From Faecousia sp. (GTDB taxonomy: Bacteria > Bacillota > Clostridia > Oscillospirales > Oscillospiraceae), in the NCBI GenBank assembly GCA_045659585.1, contig JAZOXB010000027.1:1-52510 (forward strand): a DNA stretch of 52,510 nt, in the 5' to 3' direction. This document shows positions 46,248 through 52,510 of this stretch, one piece after another. The notes below the pieces were generated by a model. That model was given only the letters and a program-made list of their open reading frames with translations. It ran no database searches and was not told the origin of the DNA. Both the position numbers and the translations under genes were made by a program. How positions within the stretch are numbered: the stretch's first letter is position 1; each line of letters opens with the position of its first letter.

Positions 46248-48426
46248 GGGAACCGTCACAAGTGTGATCTATCAGAATAAGGAAAACGGATATGCGGTTC
46301 TTCGCTTAAAAGGTGAGGGCTGTGGAGATATAACCGTTGTAGGTACGATCCCTGCGCCCACAGCCGGAGAACGACTGATGGTCACCGGACATTGGACTTC
46401 TCACAGTTCCTATGGTAAACAGTTTGAAGCGGAATTTCTGGAACGGCTGTTGCCGGATACCAGAGAGGATATTTTAGAGTACTTATCTTCACGGGCGGTG
46501 AAGGGGATCGGACCTAAAACCGCCCAGAAGATCGTAGCACGGTTCGGAGACGAATCTCTGACGATATTGGATACTGAGCCGGAGCGTTTGGCGGAGATCA
46601 GTGGAATTTCCCTTGCTAAAGCAAAGGAAATGGGGGAAAACTACCGTAATCAGGTAGGTGTCCGTAGACTTATGGAATTCATGACCACCAATCATCTGCC
46701 TGTGGAGCTGGCGATTCGCTCCTATAAGCAATACGGAGACAATGCCCTTGAAATGATTCGGAGAAATCCCTATATCCTGACGACCACAGAGATTGCGGGA
46801 GCTTTCGGCGTTACAGATGCCTTGGGGAGAAAGTTAGGGATCGAAGAGAATGATCCTCGTCGTGTAGATGCAGGACTCATGTGGCTCCTGCGATCCTCAC
46901 GTGAGAATGGTCATTGCTTCCTTCCGGAGGACAGGCTTTTTTCCGCGGCGGCTCATCTACTGGGTGTGGAATGGGAGACTCTGGGGGAGGGGATCCTTCG
47001 ATTGGAGACACTGGGATTCCTCAGCTCAGAGGATGCATGGGGGAGCAGAGCCTATTATTTGCCTGAGTATTTGGAGGCGGAGACAGAGGTTGCCCATAGA
47101 CTCCTCCGAATGGCTCGGAAAGCGAGAGACCCACTACCTCAACCGGAACGATTTATTCAAGCTATCGAAGAAATCAATCATATTCAATATGCCGGGCTTC
47201 AACGAAAGGCCATCATTTCCGCAGGAGAACGGAAATTGATGATCCTCACGGGAGGTCCCGGAACGGGAAAAACCACCACTTTGGCAGGGATCCTTGCTCT
47301 ATGCAAGATCCTGAAAAGGAAAACCCTTTTGGCGGCACCTACCGGTCGAGCTGCAAAACGCTTATCGGAGCTCACCGGCTGTGAAGCCTCTACCATTCAT
47401 AGATTACTTGAAGCACAGATATCCCCTCAAACAGGTGAAATGTATTTTGCTCGAAATGAGGACGAGCCTCTGCAATGCGATACCCTCATCATTGACGAAA
47501 TGTCCATGGTGGACCTTCCTCTGATGTACAGTGTTTTGCAGGCACTGCCTAAGAAAGCCGGCCTGGTTCTGGTAGGTGACCCGGATCAGCTGCCCAGTGT
47601 GGGTCCCGGTAAGGTTTTCGAGGATCTGATCGCCAGTGGAAGAGTGGAGACCGTGGCCCTAAAGGAGATTTTCCGACAGGCACAGGAAAGTCTCATCGTT
47701 ACAAACGCTCATGGAGTCAATCGGGGAGAGCTTCCCGTTCTCCATAGGAAAGACGGAGATTTCTTCTTTATTCGCCGTAGAGATCCCAAGGAGCTTTTAC
47801 AGACCGTTACAGAGCTCTGTGCTCACAGATTACCCAAATATCAAAAGCTGTCTCCCGCAGATATCCAGGTGATTTCCCCCTCTCGGAAAGGGGATACAGG
47901 CACCGTGAATCTGAATCGAGTTCTACAGGAAGCACTCAATCCCTCTCAGCCCGGGAAGAAAGAAGTTCGCAGTGGCGAACGGCTCTTCCGAGAAGGAGAC
48001 CGCGTTATGCAGATCCGCAATAATTATGATCTAGGCTGGCAACGGACAGACGGCGTAGAGGGCTTCGGGATCTTTAACGGAGACTGCGGCACTGTTGTGA
48101 AGATCGATCATAAAGAGGATCAGCTTTTGATCCAGTTTGATGATCGTTGGGTATATTATGATAATGAACTTTTACCGGACTTGGAGCTTGCTTATGCCAT
48201 TACGGCACACAAGAGCCAGGGCTGTGAATATCCTGCGGTTGTGTATGTAGCCTATGATGCACCGCCTCCTCTTCTGACCAGAGGCGTGCTATATACGGCT
48301 ATGACTCGAGCTAAGGAACTTATGGTCGTAGTTGGAAAGGAACAGATCATTTCCAATATGACCATGAATCATCGGAAAAATGATCGTTACTGCGGTTTGC
48401 AGTTTAGACTTCAACAAGAAGAGTAG
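46225..48426 (+). CDS. recD2: RecD2-like ATP-dependent helicase
   Basis: KGIGPKTA HhH, GGPGTGKTT, APTGRAAKR, IDEMSM, GDPDQLPSVG and AYAITAHKSQG motifs. Confidence 0.95.
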   Translation: MLEQELIRGTVTSVIYQNKENGYAVLRLKGEGCGDITVVGTIPAPTAGERLMVTGHWTSHSSYGKQFEAEFLERLLPDTREDILEYLSSRAVKGIGPKTAQKIVARFGDESLTILDTEPERLAEISGISLAKAKEMGENYRNQVGVRRLMEFMTTNHLPVELAIRSYKQYGDNALEMIRRNPYILTTTEIAGAFGVTDALGRKLGIEENDPRRVDAGLMWLLRSSRENGHCFLPEDRLFSAAAHLLGVEWETLGEGILRLETLGFLSSEDAWGSRAYYLPEYLEAETEVAHRLLRMARKARDPLPQPERFIQAIEEINHIQYAGLQRKAIISAGERKLMILTGGPGTGKTTTLAGILALCKILKRKTLLAAPTGRAAKRLSELTGCEASTIHRLLEAQISPQTGEMYFARNEDEPLQCDTLIIDEMSMVDLPLMYSVLQALPKKAGLVLVGDPDQLPSVGPGKVFEDLIASGRVETVALKEIFRQAQESLIVTNAHGVNRGELPVLHRKDGDFFFIRRRDPKELLQTVTELCAHRLPKYQKLSPADIQVISPSRKGDTGTVNLNRVLQEALNPSQPGKKEVRSGERLFREGDRVMQIRNNYDLGWQRTDGVEGFGIFNGDCGTVVKIDHKEDQLLIQFDDRWVYYDNELLPDLELAYAITAHKSQGCEYPAVVYVAYDAPPPLLTRGVLYTAMTRAKELMVVVGKEQIISNMTMNHRKNDRYCGLQFRLQQEE

Positions 48427-48437
48427 AAGGTGAAGAT

Positions 48438-49475
48438 ATGATATTTAAATCCAGTACTATCGGTATTGATTTGGGCACATCCAATGTTGTCATTTATCAG
48501 GAAGGGAAGGGACTGATCCTTCGTGAACCTTCCGTTGTTGCCATGGATAAAAATACCGGCAATGTTGTACAGGTCGGATCTGCGGCAAGAAATATGCTGG
48601 GGCGTACTCCGGGACATATTGCTGCAGTTCATCCTGTGGTTGGCGGTGTTATCGCCGATTATGAGCTGACTGCCAAGATGATCACGGAGTTGGTCAAAAA
48701 GGTCGTTAAGGGTGCGATCATCAAGCCCAATATGATCGTCAGTGTCCCCAGCGGTATTACCGAGGTTGAGGAACGAGCTGTTGTTCAGGCTGTTATGGAA
48801 GCCGGTGCCCGTCGTGTATATTTGATCGAAGAAGTTCGTGCTGCCGCTTTGGGAGCACGGTTGCCTATGAATCGTCCTACAGGCTACTTGGTTGTGGATA
48901 TCGGCGGCGGTACCACGGATGTAGGTGTAGTGGTTTCCAACGAAGTTGCTTATTCCACCTCTGTTAAGGTAGCGGGCATGGCTTTTGATCAGGCAATCAT
49001 TGACTATGTCCAGAATAAATATCGCTATACCATAGGGGAAAATACTGCCGAGGAGATCAAGATGACCATTGGTTGCGTTCTGCCTCGTACCAGTGTTATG
49101 ACCATGCGTGTATCCGGACGGAGCGATAAGCGTGGAAAGTATCTGACTGATTTGGAAGTTACCTCCGAGGATGTACGCATTGCGCTGCAACCTCTTGTAA
49201 AGCAGATCATAGATGCTATTGTTCATGTTATCAATCATCTGACTCCGGAGCTTGCCGCCGATGTTATCAAAAATGGTGTGACCCTCACAGGTGGCGGTAG
49301 CCATATTTGGGGCATGGATCAGTTGATAGCCAACGAATTTATGACGACCTGTAGCTTGTCCGATGATGCGGATTCCTGTGTGGCTTATGGTTGCGGTGCG
49401 GCTATTGACTGGGTCGATAATATGAATGACGGTCCCATCAACATTGCCCGTAAACGCAGAATGCAGGAGTATTGA
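48438..49475 (+). CDS. MreB/Mbl-family actin-like rod-shape protein (divergent paralogue)
   Basis: IGIDLGTSN, EPSVVA, VDIGGGTTDV, AEEIKMTIG and LTGGGS motifs. Confidence 0.9.
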   Translation: MIFKSSTIGIDLGTSNVVIYQEGKGLILREPSVVAMDKNTGNVVQVGSAARNMLGRTPGHIAAVHPVVGGVIADYELTAKMITELVKKVVKGAIIKPNMIVSVPSGITEVEERAVVQAVMEAGARRVYLIEEVRAAALGARLPMNRPTGYLVVDIGGGTTDVGVVVSNEVAYSTSVKVAGMAFDQAIIDYVQNKYRYTIGENTAEEIKMTIGCVLPRTSVMTMRVSGRSDKRGKYLTDLEVTSEDVRIALQPLVKQIIDAIVHVINHLTPELAADVIKNGVTLTGGGSHIWGMDQLIANEFMTTCSLSDDADSCVAYGCGAAIDWVDNMNDGPINIARKRRMQEY

Positions 49476-49512
49476 TCATCTCCTATATCATATATAAAAA
49501 GGAGTGGATTAC

Positions 49513-51270
49513 ATGGCAGAAAATCGAAATAAAGATCTGTTCCAGTACAATTTTGATGAAGAATGGGATGTAGAGCGTGAAATGTACGGCCGCTTGCTGA
49601 AGCAAAGCCAAATGTCCCAAGATGTCCTATCCGATGATGTATACTCAGAGCCTTCTCCTGCGGATAAGTCTTACAGAGAAACTGCAAGACAGGAAAGAAG
49701 CACTCGTGCTCAACCTCAGAACAGAGCTACCTCGGCCGGGATTTTTGGGCGGAGTCATCGTCCCACCCGTGAAGCCGATACGGCAAAGAGAGAGTCTGCT
49801 CGCTCCCGTGAGCCTTCTCGCGGTGGAGAGACCAATAGAATGCCCCCCCAGCCTCGGAAAACAGGGAATCCCCCGAGAAAGAAAAAACAGGGATCACAGA
49901 TCAATTATAAGGCACTGGCGATCTTGATCGCCATGGCTCTTGTTGCGATCCTCGTTATATTCGGTATGGTTCGCTTCTTTATGTGGATCATTTCTCCTGC
50001 AGAGGGAGATCGGGATGCGGAAGAAAGCTCTACTTCGGAAACTGTTATTACGACTACGGTAGACTATGAGGCCATTGCCGCGGAGCTTTTGGAGCAGGCA
50101 GAACTGCAAAGTGCCATGTATGACTATGATACAGCGATCAAGACTGTCAAAAGCTTCGGTAGTAACTGGGGTACTCGTGCCGACTTGACCCAGGCAGTTC
50201 AGAAGTACGAACAGCTGAAACTGCAAACGGTTCGCTGGGAGGACACAACTACCATCCCTCACATTTTCTTCCATATTCTGGTTGCGGATAATGCAAGAGC
50301 TTTTGACGGTGACTATACCGAAGACGGTTATAACCAGTATATGACTACGATCCCGGAATTTAAAGCTATCTTAGAAGAGCTTTATGCCAGAGACTATGTT
50401 CTGATCCGTATCCATGATATTGCCAAACGTGTCACCGACGAGAACGGCAACGAGGTTTATGAACAGGGGGATATTTATCTTCCTCCCGGAAAGAAGCCCA
50501 TTGTCATTTCTCAGGATGATGTGAATTTCTATGAATATATGATCGACAGTGACGGAGATCATCTTCCCGATGCCGGAGGCGACGGCTTTGCAAGTAAACT
50601 GTTGGTGGATGCTCACGGAGATATTACCTGTGAGTATGTGACCGCAGAAGGGGAGACGGTTTACGGTGACTATGATCTGGTACCTATTCTGGAGCGGTTC
50701 GTAGAAGAACATCCTGATTTCTCCTACCGTGGAGCAAAGGCTATCGTAGCACTGACAGGTTATGAAGGTGTATACGGCTATCGTACCGATAAGGATGGCA
50801 AGGAACGACTTACTCCCGAAGAATTCCGGAAGGAGATCGACGGAGCTAAGGCTGTTAACCAATGGCTCAAGGACAATGGCTGGGAAATCGCAAGTCACAG
50901 CTACGGACATCCCTCATACGGTTCCTTGACATGGGAAGAGCTGGCTCATGATGTAAGCCGCTGGGAGGAGGAGGTTCAGCCTGTTGTTGGTGATACGGAT
51001 ATTTTCATCTATCCCTACGGCAGTGATATTGCAGGTGTGGAGAACTATTCCGGTTCCAAGTACGATACTATGTATGAGGCAGGCTATCGTTTCTATTGTA
51101 ATGTAGACTCCTCTGAGTATTGGGTGCATATCAGAAACAACTATGTGCGTCAGGGTAGACGGAATCTGGATGGTTACCGTATGTGGTACGATCCGGAACT
51201 GCTGGATGACCTCTTTGATGCAACGGCGATCTTTGATCCCGACAGACCCACACCCGTTCCCCCAATTTAA
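49513..51270 (+). CDS. Membrane-anchored polysaccharide deacetylase (CE4/NodB-like)
   Basis: Long charged N-terminus, one TM helix, then HIFFH, SQDD, HSYGHP and YPYG motifs. Confidence 0.85.
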   Translation: MAENRNKDLFQYNFDEEWDVEREMYGRLLKQSQMSQDVLSDDVYSEPSPADKSYRETARQERSTRAQPQNRATSAGIFGRSHRPTREADTAKRESARSREPSRGGETNRMPPQPRKTGNPPRKKKQGSQINYKALAILIAMALVAILVIFGMVRFFMWIISPAEGDRDAEESSTSETVITTTVDYEAIAAELLEQAELQSAMYDYDTAIKTVKSFGSNWGTRADLTQAVQKYEQLKLQTVRWEDTTTIPHIFFHILVADNARAFDGDYTEDGYNQYMTTIPEFKAILEELYARDYVLIRIHDIAKRVTDENGNEVYEQGDIYLPPGKKPIVISQDDVNFYEYMIDSDGDHLPDAGGDGFASKLLVDAHGDITCEYVTAEGETVYGDYDLVPILERFVEEHPDFSYRGAKAIVALTGYEGVYGYRTDKDGKERLTPEEFRKEIDGAKAVNQWLKDNGWEIASHSYGHPSYGSLTWEELAHDVSRWEEEVQPVVGDTDIFIYPYGSDIAGVENYSGSKYDTMYEAGYRFYCNVDSSEYWVHIRNNYVRQGRRNLDGYRMWYDPELLDDLFDATAIFDPDRPTPVPPI

Positions 51271-51277
51271 TCAAAAC

Positions 51278-51321
51278 GGCTCTGTTACGAAGATTATTTT
51301 CTGTGGCAGAGCCTCTTTTTT
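51278..51321 (+). terminator. Intrinsic terminator
   Basis: GGCTCTGTTAC...GTGGCAGAGCC stem followed by a T tract. Confidence 0.65.
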
Positions 51322-51425
51322 AGTATAATTTTAGATGCTTTATATTGACAAAGAAACGGTAGAATGTAATAATAATGGTATATTCCTCTCCGCTATGTTG
51401 AATATACTATAGAAAGAAGGATGAC

Positions 51426-52510
51426 ATGATGTTGAAACGATTCTTGAGTATGCTATTGTTAGTGGCAATGCTTCTGGCCTTGGTTCCGGTGATGTCTTTT
51501 GAGGCATTGGGAGCTACCTACACCACTGCAGATTGGAACGCTTTGCGGAACAACTGGAAGGTTTCTATTTGCGGTGATGACACTGTAGATTGGTCCGACC
51601 CCGAGATCCAAAAGATCGTAGGACAATACAACAGCTCCGGCGTTTCCACCTCCGGTATCAGCTATAACGGAGGCAGATATTGGCGAGATTTGGACAGTAA
51701 TCGTTCCAATTCCGGCCGTGTTTTTGGCAGCATCAATATTACCATTACTGTATCCAGTGATACCATGCGGAAGCAGTTTGTCTACCTGATGTATATGGCA
51801 AAGGCTTATGGCACTCGTGGCTCAGTCTATACCTATAAGGACGGTAGCGGTAATCTGGTTACGATGGATCTGTACCAGAATCAGGAACTTCGTAATGCCA
51901 TTTTCTATGGTTTGGAAAAGGCAACTTCCTTCTATAACAAGACTCGCTGGTCTGAGCAGAAGAGTAGCAGTACTGCTACATCCTACTATAACTGGTGGGA
52001 TTGGGCTTTCGGCTCTCCGGATGAGATCCTACAGACCCTCTTGGTCATGTATCCCTACAAGACCACTGCGGAGAAGAACACTGCGGATAAGATTATTGAA
52101 ACCTGTCGGTATTTGATCGATACGATTCGTCCCAATAATGACGGAAAGACAGATGAATCGACCATCAGCTATCGTCGTACCCGTCTGCGGATCTGCGGCA
52201 TGATCGCAGCTCTGAAGCAGGACACGGCACTTATAGAACAGACCCGTACCAATCTGGTGAACTTCCTCGCTAAGAATGACGGAGGAAACGGTGTTCAGTT
52301 AGACGATTCTTATGTTGCCCATGATTACTTTGCCTACGAAGGCTGTTATGGTGTACAGAATCTGGCAGAACGTATTATTGGTAGCTATTATGTAATGGCA
52401 GGGACCGCCTTTGAATTAGATGCCTCCAACAAGCATAATCAGGTAGACTGGATCCTAAAAACCTTTATGCCTGCCATGCACAATGGTGTCATGATGATGC
52501 AGAGCAACGG
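51426..52510 (+). CDS. Secreted polysaccharide lyase family 8 protein, N-terminal alpha-barrel, 3'-truncated by the window edge; not in the ORF track
   Basis: Frame is open from ATG 51426 to the window end: signal peptide MMLKRFLSMLLLVAMLLALVPVMSFEALG, then MAKAYGTRG, LYQNQEL, NWWDWAFGSP and GVQLDDSYVAHDYFAYEGCYG; TTGACA upstream at 51345. Confidence 0.8.
   Translation, partial: MMLKRFLSMLLLVAMLLALVPVMSFEALGATYTTADWNALRNNWKVSICGDDTVDWSDPEIQKIVGQYNSSGVSTSGISYNGGRYWRDLDSNRSNSGRVFGSINITITVSSDTMRKQFVYLMYMAKAYGTRGSVYTYKDGSGNLVTMDLYQNQELRNAIFYGLEKATSFYNKTRWSEQKSSSTATSYYNWWDWAFGSPDEILQTLLVMYPYKTTAEKNTADKIIETCRYLIDTIRPNNDGKTDESTISYRRTRLRICGMIAALKQDTALIEQTRTNLVNFLAKNDGGNGVQLDDSYVAHDYFAYEGCYGVQNLAERIIGSYYVMAGTAFELDASNKHNQVDWILKTFMPAMHNGVMMMQSN

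Noticed and set aside
51808-52116. 102-aa ORF from the track
   Set aside because: It is out of frame inside the PL8 coding sequence, which the track missed because it has no stop codon in the window

Overview
Chromosomal window from a spore-forming Clostridia-class bacterium (gene content and style suggest Oscillospiraceae/Ruminococcaceae; this is inference). Housekeeping blocks are rpsU (partial), tRNA-Val(CAC), comF, dapA, queA-tgt-yajC, cotJ, ddh, malQ, dnaX-ybaB-recR, recD2 and an mreB paralogue. They flank a ~21 kb Wzy-type surface polysaccharide operon (10190-31166). That operon unusually includes a PPQTG sortase substrate next to an LCP transferase, a terminal class B sortase, and a 1526-aa phosphodiester-glycosidase-like surface protein. 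Other notable items: (1) two small YxxP-leader RiPP-precursor-like genes; one is absent from the ORF track and is coupled to a nucleotidyltransferase; (2) a 1970-aa protein with three GHL10-like domains, whose C-terminal module recurs in a nearby deletion pseudogene and may be an anchoring domain; (3) a tandem hairpin array behind the tRNA; (4) a window-truncated PL8 lyase with Tyr at the position of the conserved catalytic Asn. No CRISPR array, transposase or prophage was seen. All family calls come from motif recognition by eye, not from database searches.
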